A DNA stretch of 64,000 bases from positions 1,088,001 through 1,152,000 of the forward strand of contig CAWJTV010000011.1 of NCBI GenBank assembly GCA_963845755.1, read 5' to 3'. Numbering within the stretch: position 1 is the first letter of the stretch; each line of letters opens with the position of its first letter. This document shows, in pieces, positions 41,990 through 52,749 of the stretch. Origin of the DNA: an uncultured Planctomycetota bacterium. Its GTDB lineage: Bacteria; Planctomycetota; Planctomycetia; Isosphaerales; Isosphaeraceae. Below the pieces are notes generated by a model. That model worked only from the letters and a program-made list of their open reading frames with translations, did no database searches and was not told the DNA's origin. The translations under genes were made by a program, and so were the position numbers.

Positions 41990-43207
41990 TCAGGCGATTC
42001 CCATCACGCGGTGATCGATCGAGAACGCCCGCCCGCGCGGGGATTTGTAGTCGAAATTCCCCAGGCCGACCTGGCCGGCCACCGCGATGTACTGGGGCTG
42101 GCGCATGTCGAACATCTCGTGATCGAACGCGTTGGCGGCGACGCGGCCGACGCCAGCCAGGGGGGCCATCTTCAACTCCTTGCGCTTGGCGTCGAGGATG
42201 TCCCATTCGACGCGATCCATCGCCACGGGGTCGGTCGCGAAGAGCATCGCATTGGAGTCCCAGAGCCACTTGGGATCCCGGCCGAACGGGCCCCCATCCC
42301 ACACGCCGCGGGTGCCGTCCATGATGTGGAGGACGCACTTCTTGCGGACGATCGGGTGGCTGACCACCGCGGGGATGTAGGCGACCATCGCGACGCCCTG
42401 GGGGTTGGAGTGCGAGCGGAAGACGTTGTTGAACAGCCCGTGGCTCATGTTCTTCAGGGCCCCGGTCACGCCGGCGGCATGGTGATCCTTGAGGCAGGGC
42501 AGGCAGATGATCTTGTCCAGGCGCTTGGTGACGATCCGGCCCAGGTGGGAGCGAAAACACCGGTCGTCCTTGGGGTCCATGCCGCGGCCGACGAGCGTCA
42601 AGTGCACATATTCGTCGCGGTCGTAACCCGTGATGGGATCGTCGCCCTCGAATTGGATCTTCAACTGGGCCTCGTCCCAGGCGTCGGGCGTCAGGCCGCC
42701 CCACGCGACGCCGTCGGGCAGGATCTTCTGGTAGCCCGCCTCGCGGAACTCGCGGCCATAGCGGTCGAAGACGACCATGTCCTTGAGCTTGATCCCGGCC
42801 GATCGCAGCCCGTCGATCACCTCGAGGATCAATTCGGGCGAGGTGTGGGCGCCGGGATACCCGTTGGGTACCGTTTTGATCCCTACGGCTTCCCCCGGCT
42901 TGACGAAGATCCGCCAGGCCTCGACGGGGTCATCCACACCCGTCAGGGCCTTCAGCCCGCGGTTGAGGGTCGCCCGAACACGGCCTCGCGGCCCCCCCCA
43001 CCTTCGCGCTTCAGGGCCGGGTTTCGAACCTCGATGACTCGACCCGGGTAGGGACCCGGCACGCCCAGCGTTCCCGGGTGGCCACCGGGGGCGCTCCGTC
43101 CTCCGGCTTGTTGTCCCGAGACGGTCGACGCCCCCAGGATCGAGAGCCGCGGTGGCGCCCAGGAAGTCGCGACGATGGATGCCGCCGCAGGGATATTGTC
43201 CTCGCAT
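41990..43207 (-). CDS. DUF362 domain protein with Tat-like signal
   Basis: HRRDFL; VGIKTVP; CLPCLKDH...TGALKN; ATDPVAMD. Confidence 0.8.
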   Translation of the reverse strand: MRGQYPCGGIHRRDFLGATAALDPGGVDRLGTTSRRTERPRWPPGNAGRAGSLPGSSHRGSKPGPEARRWGGPRGRVRATLNRGLKALTGVDDPVEAWRIFVKPGEAVGIKTVPNGYPGAHTSPELILEVIDGLRSAGIKLKDMVVFDRYGREFREAGYQKILPDGVAWGGLTPDAWDEAQLKIQFEGDDPITGYDRDEYVHLTLVGRGMDPKDDRCFRSHLGRIVTKRLDKIICLPCLKDHHAAGVTGALKNMSHGLFNNVFRSHSNPQGVAMVAYIPAVVSHPIVRKKCVLHIMDGTRGVWDGGPFGRDPKWLWDSNAMLFATDPVAMDRVEWDILDAKRKELKMAPLAGVGRVAANAFDHEMFDMRQPQYIAVAGQVGLGNFDYKSPRGRAFSIDHRVMGIA

Positions 43208-43293
43208 AAGTCGTCTCCTGTTGGTTCTAGGTCCGTGTCCGAAAGAAAGAGAGACGCGCCCTTGTTGATGAGAGATTGATCCGTAGCCGGCGC

Positions 43294-44085
43294 TCAGGAA
43301 TCGGGGGCTGGCCCGCCAGCCGCCCGCGGCTTGGCACGGCTGAGAGACAGATGATCGGCGACCAGGAGCGCACCGACCGCCACGCACAGGGCCACGCTCA
43401 GGTGAGCCAGGAGCCGAGGGGTCGCTTCGAACGCCATTGGCTGGAAGGTTTGCGAGGCGGGGAACAGGATGGCCCCGCCGAACTCGTAGATCGCGGCCCC
43501 GATGACGGCTCCCAGGATGCCCCCGACAATGGCTCGGGCCATCCGCGCCCCACCGCCGAGCCCGATTCCGAGAGCGAGCCCGGCCGCAGCCCCGACGGCC
43601 AGCCAGATGCCGCCGTGAGTCCGCAGAGCCAGCCCCAAATCCTTGTTGTGGTCCTCCTCTGAGGCGGCGGCGCGAGCTTGGTGGAACGAGGGAACCAGGG
43701 CGAGGGTGGTCCCGGCACCGGCGGCTCCCCCCAGGATCAGGCCGGTAACGCCCCCCAGGATCGCAGCCCGGGGCGATCGCCGAGACTGGCCGCCGGTCGC
43801 TCCCAGCACCATGCCCAAGAGCATCCCCAGGCTGCCGTAAGCCAGCGCCGCGGACCGATCCCAGGCGGCCCTCCGCCGCCGATCGGCCTCCACCCGCTTA
43901 TCGTTCGACGACCGTATCGAGGCGGGCATGTCGTTCGAGGGCCTGAACAGTTCCGGCGCGACCTCTCCAATGCAGAAACCGGCAAACCCGGCGAGGAGGC
44001 TCATAATGAGACTGACCAACCAGAGACGATAGTGAGGCCACGGGGCCGCCCCGCGTCGATTTGGTGTCGCGTACCGCGTCCTCAA
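43294..44085 (-). CDS. Gly-rich multi-pass membrane protein
   Basis: Several hydrophobic GxxxG helices. Confidence 0.65.
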   Translation of the reverse strand: MRTRYATPNRRGAAPWPHYRLWLVSLIMSLLAGFAGFCIGEVAPELFRPSNDMPASIRSSNDKRVEADRRRRAAWDRSAALAYGSLGMLLGMVLGATGGQSRRSPRAAILGGVTGLILGGAAGAGTTLALVPSFHQARAAASEEDHNKDLGLALRTHGGIWLAVGAAAGLALGIGLGGGARMARAIVGGILGAVIGAAIYEFGGAILFPASQTFQPMAFEATPRLLAHLSVALCVAVGALLVADHLSLSRAKPRAAGGPAPDS

Positions 44086-44232
44086 GCGGCGGTATGCCGC
44101 CAGCCTCGGGTTGGGACGTCTGAGGTTGATGATCGGATCGCGTCATGATGCCACGTCCCTTGTCAAAAGAATGGAGGGCCGCACGGATGCGGCCTGATTG
44201 ACCAAACCAGGTCGGTCAGAACGGTCAGTGTG

Positions 44233-45398
44233 TTAACTCGTCAGTCTCCACCAGCGAATTGCTCGCGCCTTGCTGCTGGGAAGCGCCGAGCGGCGCTCCG
44301 CACGCGCCGGAGCTGCTCCATGAGCCGATCGGCGTCCTGCGCGACGACCGAGGCGGCGGTAGGCCTGGGCGAGGCTATAGAGAGGTCCAACCGCTCTCGG
44401 CTCGAGCGTCACCGCGCGATCGAGCGGCTCGATCGCCGTCGCAACGTGACCGCGCTGAAGCTCGAGCTTGCCGATCCGCCACCACGTGCCGAAGCGCTGC
44501 GGGGCCCATTGCAGGGCCAGGCGCCAGCAGTGCTCCGCCTCGTCGAACGCGCCTTCGAGATAGTACGATTGGCCGAGGAGATCGGCGACCTTGGCGTCAT
44601 CGTCCTCCTCGAGCGCCCGATGAAGATCGCGCCGCGCATCCTGCCAACGACCGACCACGAGCAGGTTGTGGCCATACTCGGCCCAGAACATCGAGCGGGG
44701 CTTCAACGGCATCTGCTTGAGCTCGGGATCGAGCGCGATGACGCGATCGAACGCGAAGACCGCCAGCTCGGAGTCCCCCGTGTTGTGGTGGACGACCCCA
44801 GCCAGGGTGTGACCGATCACGGCACCCGTGGGGATCTTGATCAAGCGATCGGCCGTCTCCAAAACGTCGGCCCAGCGCATTCTCCGAGATCAGGACCGCG
44901 GCCATCCGGCTCAGGGCCAGCACGTCGTCGGGCCGACGTTCCAGGATCTCGCGATACGCCTGGATCGCCGGCTCGCGGCGGTTGTTCAGCACGAGGGCGT
45001 AGGCGCGGATATGCAAGTCCTCAACATCCAGGCGGCTCGGGCCCGCTTTCTGATAGTAGACTTCGGCCCGGTCGGGCTGGCCGACTCGACTGAGGCAACG
45101 GGCGACCAGCAACGCCGCGTGCCGGCTGAACGGCCGGCGTGCCGAGGTAGCCCTCGGCCTCGCGGAGGGCGGTCGGCAAGTCGTTGCGTCGATACGCCGC
45201 CTCGGCCCTGGCCAGTTCCGCGGGATGGAGCTCGGCCCAGGCCAACACCGCCAGCAGCCCCGCGGTGACCAGTCCGATGGCGACGGCAACCCATCTCCGC
45301 AACCGGCGGCCGCGGCGGCCGCGGCCGGATGGCGTTGCCGGTGCGGGGATCCGTCCCGCGGCCATCAGCGTCAGAGGCGGAGACGTATCTGGCGGCAT
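44233..45398 (-). CDS. TPR protein with N-terminal TM; frameshifted
   Basis: TPR-like helices across ORFs 45021-45416, 44597-45289 and 44233-44880. Confidence 0.75.
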
Positions 45399-45411
45399 GA
45401 TTCGCGCTTTC

Positions 45412-45655
45412 CCCAAACGCGGCCTTCGGCCGCAACCAAAAAGGGATTCAAGATTCGAGATTCAAGATTCCGGAATCATCTCCATTTTGAATGTTGAATA
45501 TTGAACTGGGAATCTCCAAAGATGCTCGCACGGCGCAGAGATCCCAAACGCGGCCTTCGGCCGCAACCAAAAAGGGATTCAAGATTCGAGATTCAAGATT
45601 CCCGAAGGGGAATGATCCGGGAATCCGGAATCGCGAATCCGGAATTCGGAATCCC
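45412..45655. repeat. Two exact 60-bp direct repeats plus heptamer arrays
   Basis: CCCAAACGCGGCCTTCGGCCGCAACCAAAAAGGGATTCAAGATTCGAGATTCAAGATTCC at 45412 and 45543. Confidence 0.9.
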
Positions 45656-45749
45656 CAGCTGCACGCACGGCGAAGCGAGCCTACGGAGGAAGACTCCAAG
45701 GACGTCGGACCACCTCGAAGGCTGAAGACCGAGTCAGAACGCGTTGGAT

Positions 45750-47049
45750 TCATCCTTCATCCTTCCCGATAGGCGGGTCAGGGCGGCGCGGCTGACTTCG
45801 TTCTTGGGGTCGTTCCCCAGGACGATTCGGTGCCATGCACCGGCCTCTTCGGGCAACTCCATGCGCTCCCGCGCATCCGCGATCCTCTGATAAAGCTCCG
45901 CGTGGGGACGAATCCCCAGGTCGGGTATTGCGACGGCCTGGTCGTAGAGTGCGGCGTAGGTCCTGGCTGGCAGCGTCCCGGCGCCGCAGGCGCCGGTCGA
46001 TCTGATCGGCCTCGGCGGATCGGCCGGTGTGGCGTAGGGCGCCGCCAAGCCGATACTCGACGACCCGGTTGTCCGGCTCGGCCGCACGGGCCTGTCGGTA
46101 AAGGTCGGCGGCCTCGGTCCATTGGTTGCGTCCCTGGGCAACCCTGGCCCGATGCTTCGCGAGCTGCGGCAACGTCGAGAGGGTGGCGGGGAGTCGTTCG
46201 AGCTCGTCCTTCAAAACATCGACCTGGCCCGACTCGTCGAGGCCCGTCAGGAGGCAATCCCAGGCTTCGACACGCCCCGGATGAGCTTGAACCACCCGGC
46301 GGAGCTGGTCGATGCCCGCGTCGATCCGGCTGGCCCGCGTCATGGCCAGGCCCACGGCCAGGGCCGAACGGAACTCCCCGGGCTGATACCGGACCACCGG
46401 TTCGAAAATGTTCACGATCGACTCGGGTGCGGGCGGGCGCGCGTCCGTCCGCACCAACTCCAGTAGCAGCAGCACGCGGTCACGGGGGTCGGGTTCCACC
46501 GGGTAGAGTCGCATCGCCAACCGGCGGTGATCCTCCTTCCTTCCCTGGGCGTAGTAGAGATGCAGGAGGTGCCAGCCGCACTCTGGCGCAGTCAGGTCAA
46601 CCTTCGAGCGCCTCGAGCCAGGCCGCCTCGGCCTCATCCAGGCGCATCAGGCGATTCAGCGCATCCCCGCGCAACAGATGAAACGCAACGGCCATCGTCG
46701 AATTGCGGGGATGGACACGGTCGAGGTAGTCCAGCGCCAACTGCGCGGTCGGCGCCGGTCGGCGCTCGGATGGCGACCCACTCGGCTCAGGCCGCTTGAG
46801 GAGGATCTGGGCGAGCAAGAGATGGGCGGCCCCGTCGTCCGAGTCCGACGTCAGGCGAGGCCGGAGCATCGCTTCGGCCTCGTCGAGCCTTCCGGCATCC
46901 ACCAGCTTGATCGCCTCGTCGAGCGAGGGACGCAACGGCGACGCATGCCACGCGCCCCAGCCCAGACCGCCGGCCGCCATGGCAACCATCAGCCCGCCCA
47001 GGATCCACCGGGCAACCCTCTCTCGTTCCCAGCTCGGGTTTGAGTTCAT
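45750..47049 (-). CDS. TPR protein with N-terminal TM; frameshifted
   Basis: ORFs 46597-47196 and 45750-46637 with TPR-like helices. Confidence 0.75.
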
Positions 47050-47130
47050 GGCTGCCGGACCCCGATCACCTCCGAAGACGATCTTGAGCGGCGAAGACGC
47101 GCATTCCGCATGCCGTCGATTCGGATGGAG

Positions 47131-47383
47131 GGACCCCCTCATCTGCCCTTTGGGCACCTTCTCTCCGGGAAGAGAAGGGGACGCGATCCGTCGCACTCGC
47201 CCCTACGGGGAGAGGGTTGGGGTGAGGGGGCCTTTGCGTAATCCAACCGTGAATCGCTCTAAGAGTCTGTTCCCGAAGGGGCCGGTCCGGGTGAGCGGGG
47301 GGCGTCAGCCCCCTGTGCGGTGAGCGACGGCCCTCGAAGACAGGGGTCTGACGCCCCCCGCTCGCTCTTCCGGAACAGACTCT
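47131..47383. repeat. Two adjacent palindromic REP/MITE-like elements
   Basis: CCCCCTCA...TGAGGGGG (47131-47232); 12-bp IR AGAGTCTGTTCC/GGAACAGACTCT (47262-47383) around a long GC hairpin. Confidence 0.7.
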
Positions 47384-47540
47384 CCGTGAGGCGGACGGCG
47401 ATGGTCGGCGCTCGCCCGGGGAGAAACCCGGCCCGGTCAACGTCCATCAGGGACGATCGGAAGCGATCCGAACGCTCGTTCAAGCCCCCCAACGAGGGCT
47501 TCGCGGATCGCCTCCGAACTCCCAGGTCGCGGCGGTTCTC

Positions 47541-48735
47541 TCAGTAGGAATCCGAGCTGAGGACCTCACCCCCATTTCTCGTCCCGAGCCCCACCCAGGT
47601 CAGGGGGTTGACCGTCGCCTTGAGGAACTTGACCGACCCATCGCAGAACCCCACGTTGGAGCCACCCGGGTGCCGCGAAGCCGATGCGACCACGCTCGCG
47701 ATGCCGGAATAGGGCCGGCCGGGAACATCACTATACCAGCACGACTTCCGGTTGGGCGTTGTGGTGTGGCTGTAGGAGAACAGGTCGCCGAGCCACCAGT
47801 CCCCCTTCCAGGTGTAGGAACCGCTGCTCTGAGGAGTCGCATCGCAGGCCTTGGCCTGCAGGAAGTCGTTGTTGAGCTGGCCGGCGAAGGCATTCGCGGT
47901 CGCAGTCATCTGGTAGATATTGCCGAGGCCGGTATCCGATTGTCGCGCGCCACTGCCGTTGCCCCTGACCCATTCGCTGAAGGCGGCCGTGTTGCTCGTC
48001 CCGTCGGTGATGGAGGCGAGCGTGACCGGCGTTTCGTAGCTGCCACCCGCCAGGGATCCGAAACCGCCCCCGGTCGGCATCTCGGGACTTGCTGCCCCAT
48101 AGCCCTGCGCAGGCAATCAGACCCGCGTTGGCCGTGGGGACGTAGCACACCCCGTTCGAGGCCCCAACGGTGCCGGCGCGGAACGGGTTGCTCCCGCCGT
48201 TCATCGGATAGCTACCGCGGCCGACTAGACTCTGGCCTCCGCCCGGAGCGTAGATGAAGTACGTCAGGTTGGCCAGGTCGGTATCCGAGGGACACAGGAA
48301 GCTGTTCACCTGGTTGCCGGCGGCGGTGGCGTTGATCAGGCCCCACTGGTCGCAGTCGGCCGTCGAGCCGTTCATACTGCTGACGATATCCGAGCCGGAT
48401 GCCCCCCACCGCGCGGCGACATTGAAGTTGATCGCGTTGTAGATTGCGTTCAGCTCCAGGAACGGCGCCATCCGCGCCAGCGGACTGAACGTCTGGCCGG
48501 TATTCTTGCCGTTGTTTATGCTGTAGATGATGTACATCGTCGGCAGGGCTTCGTTCGCGCTGATGTAGTTATGCATGGCCAGCACGATCTGCTTGAGATT
48601 GTTGGTGCACTGGGCACGGCGGGCAGCCTCTCGGGCCGCCTGCACGGCTGGCAACAGCAGCGCAATCAACACGGCGATGATGGCGATGACGACCAAGAGT
48701 TCGATCAGAGTGAAACCGCGACGCAAACGCGACAT
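47541..48735 (-). CDS. DUF1559 prepilin-type protein; frameshift ~48105
   Basis: [65 protein letters not shown]. Confidence 0.95.
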
Positions 48736-48919
48736 GTGAATGACTCCGAGTCGATGGAGGAGAGAGTAACTCCGACCGATCACGAGGCGATCTTCTCCTC
48801 ATCAGGATCATCTCGCGAGGACGACTGAAAGACGAATTGAGCGGGTCGAACGAACACGGCTACTGCCGGCGAAGACCCGCCCGATCGATGGACCATGACA
48901 GATCAGGGACATCTCTGCA

Positions 48920-49201
48920 TCATTGAGACTGAGGTTCCTCCTTCGGAGTCTCGGGCTTGTGTCTTCGAATCCCCTTGCCCTTGGCTGCCTTGGCGTCCTT
49001 CGCGAGCCTGGATGCATCTTTCTGATTCTGCTTCGTCGCAAATTCGCCGTAGTTCTTGGCACCGCCTCCACCTGTACCACTCGTGGGCTTGTTCCCAGTC
49101 AGGTTTTCATCATTCGTCGTGGACGGGCCGCATCCCGCCGACAGAAGGGCGCCCAGCGCCACTGCCGACAGCGCCAGCGTTCGGTACTTTCGCATCATCA
49201 A
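48920..49201 (-). CDS. Small lipoprotein
   Basis: GGAG RBS, lipobox LSAGC. Confidence 0.7.
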   Translation of the reverse strand: MMMRKYRTLALSAVALGALLSAGCGPSTTNDENLTGNKPTSGTGGGGAKNYGEFATKQNQKDASRLAKDAKAAKGKGIRRHKPETPKEEPQSQ

Positions 49202-50291
49202 TCGCTCCTCCGGAAAGTAAAGTTCGCCCCGCGATCACACCTCGCCGGGCTCCGTCTCGTCCGCAGAAAATCCAGGACCGACGCACATCCAGCCAGACGC
49301 TCACGCCGACCCTCAACCGGTCTTGTCGAAGGGACCCGACGAGCGCTAGCGAGTTGTGGACCAATTTCGAATCGACCGACTGGAGGACCGGCTTCAACCG
49401 GTTAATCCCGCCACAAAGCGGCACTCCGACCCACCAAAACAAGATCTGGCGGATCGCTCGTTGATAGGTCGATCCGGAGGCAAATTTCTAAACGGTTGCA
49501 GACGTCCGCGTCTCACTGCCCTTATGTGTCATCAACCTCGGTCCGACGGCTTGGATTACCGCCTCGAGGAAGAAAAATATCGGTCGAAGTTGGGACGGGA
49601 CTCCAGCCCGCCAATTGAAAGTGAACGCGACACCAGACGATAGGTAGTCGAAGAAGATCGCACGGCCTCTGACGGACGTAAAGTGATAGTGGGGATTATT
49701 TCGGAGTCGCCCCACGCTTGTCAAGAAAAAAGTCCTACGAGTTTGATTAAAAAGGAGTTTTTCCGCGGAAGATCGCCATCAACGAACTTATTAGGGGTTA
49801 GTTTTAACATCCATGGTGACTTGCCAGGAACCAGCGTGTTTACCTTTTGTCGCTTCAATGTTTATCGATTGTTTGTCAGCGATTCACGCGACTCAATCGA
49901 GGGAAGGGCGCCCCGAGCCGCATTTCTTCCCGAGTTGGGGAAGGTCCTCTTTCGTGTCCGACCGAGTGAGCCAACCGTGCGATTGCGGGCGTTGCCCTAC
50001 GGGGCAAGTTTGATCCTCCCTGCGTTCGACGAGAGACAGCCGCGGCTCGGCTGCTCGCCGAGGGTTCCCGATCGTGAGACGTCGCCGTCCTGGAAAGCGG
50101 GACGGATCAAGAATCCCAGGGCCATGGACTTCGGGGCTGTCGCCGATCCGGTAGAAAGGATTGTATGATAGGGTTCCCTGGCCGGACTCCCGTGACGAAC
50201 CGATCGACAGAGAGGAAAAGGAAGCTGCAAGCTTCCTTCGAGTACATCAAGCGACTGGTCATGCGGTCATTCGTGCGACCTGCTAAATAGG

Positions 50292-50379
50292 CTTGCGTGA
50301 TTCCGGGAGGGCGAGGCTCCGTCCGAGCCGGAGTTCGATGTGGCTCGCACGGAGGCTCGCCCTCCCAGGATCGTGCAAG
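50292..50379. repeat. REP-like palindrome
   Basis: GGGAGGGCGAGGCTCCGTCCGAGCC / GGCTCGCACGGAGGCTCGCCCTCCC. Confidence 0.75.
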
Positions 50380-50828
50380 GTGATTTAGAGCGCCCAAACG
50401 ATCGAGATGTCGGTTCAATCTCGATACGCGCGATGTTCGACAGAGTTCGTATCGCAGTGATTCTGCCTCTGCACCGGGTCGCCAGACCGGCTCCAACACG
50501 ATCCCGAATGAGGGGCCGTCGAGAACGGCGACAGGCGCCTTGAAGACTCGGAGCCTGTCCCCGTGGTCGAAGAATTCCGAGCTTCGAGGGCGGCTGCCAG
50601 GCGTCCAGACCTTATCGTGGCGCAACGACGCGACCCCGGCGAGTCTAGTCCTCAGGGCGACAGCGGGTAGGTCGTGCCCACCGGTTTTTCCGCGGCGGTG
50701 TCGGCTTCCGGTGGACCGTGCCCAGACTCCAGAGGTTTTCCAAGAGCCTGTTCATACACCCTCGAGACCCGACGAAGAGGACATTCTCCTTGAGCGTAGT
50801 GATTCCGTCCGATCGGGGCACCTCATCG

Positions 50829-52744
50829 ATGGCATCGCCTGCGTCCCGAGCGACGACGCCCCGGCTCCTCCCGCTGGACATCCTGGCGCTGTCGGCATAC
50901 TGCGGCCTGGCCAGCGGCTTGCTCGAAGTCGGAACCCGCGTCGTCGCCACGAGCCTCTCCGCCAATAACCGACTGCACTCGATGAGCCGACACTTCATCT
51001 GGCTGGTCCCGCTCACGGAGCTGCTGCTCTTCTCCCTGATCGGCCTGGTTCTGGCCCTGGTGGCCAAGCTCCGGCCACGGTTCGGTACATGGTTCGGGGT
51101 CCGTGTCATCGGTTTCCTGGCCATCCTGCCCGTGCTCATGGTCTCGAGCCCGCGGATCTATCGCGAGGCCTGGGTGCTCTTCGCGATGGGGGCGGCCGTG
51201 CCGCCTTGCGCCGTTGCTGGAGCGCCGCGCGCGCCGGGTTGCGCCGGCGACTTCTCCTGACGTTTCCCGGCTTGTTGGGTGTGGTCCTGGTCCTGGCCGG
51301 CTTCGTCCTGGGGGACGAATGGCTGGCCCAGCGGCGCGAGGATGCCCGCCCCTTGCCGCCCGGCAATCCGCCAAACGTCCTCTTCATCACGCTGGACACC
51401 GTCCGGGCCGACCATCTGAGCTTGTACGGCTATCAACGACCCACGTCGCCGAACCTCGAGAACCTGGCCAGATCGGGTATCCGCTTCGACGAAGCCCGCG
51501 CGGCCGCGCCCTGGACCCTTCCCTCACATGCAAGCATGTTCACAGGCCGCTGGAACCACGAACTGAGCGTCGATTGGATGATGCCGCTCGACAGGAAATA
51601 CCCGACCCTGGCCGAACATCTCGGGTCGCGCGGCTATGCCACGGCGGGATTTGTGGCCAATCTCTTCGGCTGCTCCTACGACAGCGGACTGAATCGCGGA
51701 TTCACCCACTATGAGGATTACACCCTCGACTATCTCGTACCCTTACGCATGGCGTGGCTCGTGGACCATCTTGCGAGGGTGATCTCCGGAGTGGGCACGC
51801 TGTTGGGCCACTCCGGGGACGCCGGCTATTTCCGTCCTCTGCACGAGTCCTGGCTCTCGCCGTATTTCGATCGATTGCGGAAGAAGGATGCTGGATTGAT
51901 CAATCGTGCCTTCCTGGAGTGGTTGTCGCACCGCTCTCAACCCGCGCGGCCGTTCTTCGCCTTCCTGAACTATTTTGATGCTCATGCCCCGTTCGTGCTC
52001 CCCGAGGGGACCGAATACCGCTTCGGGTTGAGACCCAGGAGACCGGCCGATTTCACCTTCCTCGAAGTCGACTGGGAGTTGAACGATAAGATGGTGTTTC
52101 GCCCGGTGTATCACGAGCTGGTCCGAGACTCCTACGACAACTGCGTGGCTTACCTCGACGGGCGACTCGGCGAGTTGCTCGATGAATTGCAACGCCGCGG
52201 CGTCCTCGATCAGACGGTGTTGATCGTGACCTCGGATCATGGCGAAGGGATGGGAGAACATCATCTCTTCGACCACGGCGAGAGCCTGTACCGGACTGAG
52301 ATCCACGTGCCGCTCGTGATCGTCTTGCCCGTGAGCCAGCGGGCCATGGGAGTCGTGCGCGAGACCGTGAGCCTGCGCGACCTGCCGGCCACCGTCCTCG
52401 ACCTCGTCGGCCTGCGAGACGGGTCGCCCTTCCCGGGCCGGTCACTGGCGGTCCTCTGGAGCGATCCTTCTTCCCGGGCGAGTCCTGGCGCCACGGGGGC
52501 GGTCCTCTCCGAATTGCCTCGACCCAATCCCGGCGACCCGAATGGTGGACGTTCGCCGGCGCGGCGCGGTCCCTTGATCTCCCTGGCCGAATCCGAGTAC
52601 GTTTATATCCGCAACCGAGGGGATGGCACCGAGGAGCTTTTCAACGAGCGCCTCGACCCCGGGGAGGTGCAGAATCTCATCGGTGTCGAGGCCATGCAGC
52701 CTGTCCTCGAGCGGCTCCGGCGACGACTCGATCAGGGGAAGTAA
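50829..52744 (+). CDS. Membrane-anchored sulfatase/alkaline-phosphatase-superfamily enzyme; frameshift ~51200
   Basis: N-terminal TMs; PNVLFITLDTVRADH, APWTLPSHASMFTG, TSDHGE. Confidence 0.88.
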
Positions 52745-52749
52745 GCGAC

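Noticed and set aside
45412..45602. Possible mini CRISPR array
   Set aside because: Only two 60-bp units, the 71-bp spacer is itself heptamer-rich, and there is no cas operon; the Cas4-like domain at 13-14 kb is part of a helicase fusion
49205..50800. Long intergenic stretch with AT-rich core, considered as ncRNA or origin
   Set aside because: No recognisable RNA family or DnaA-box cluster; most simply a divergent promoter region with a REP
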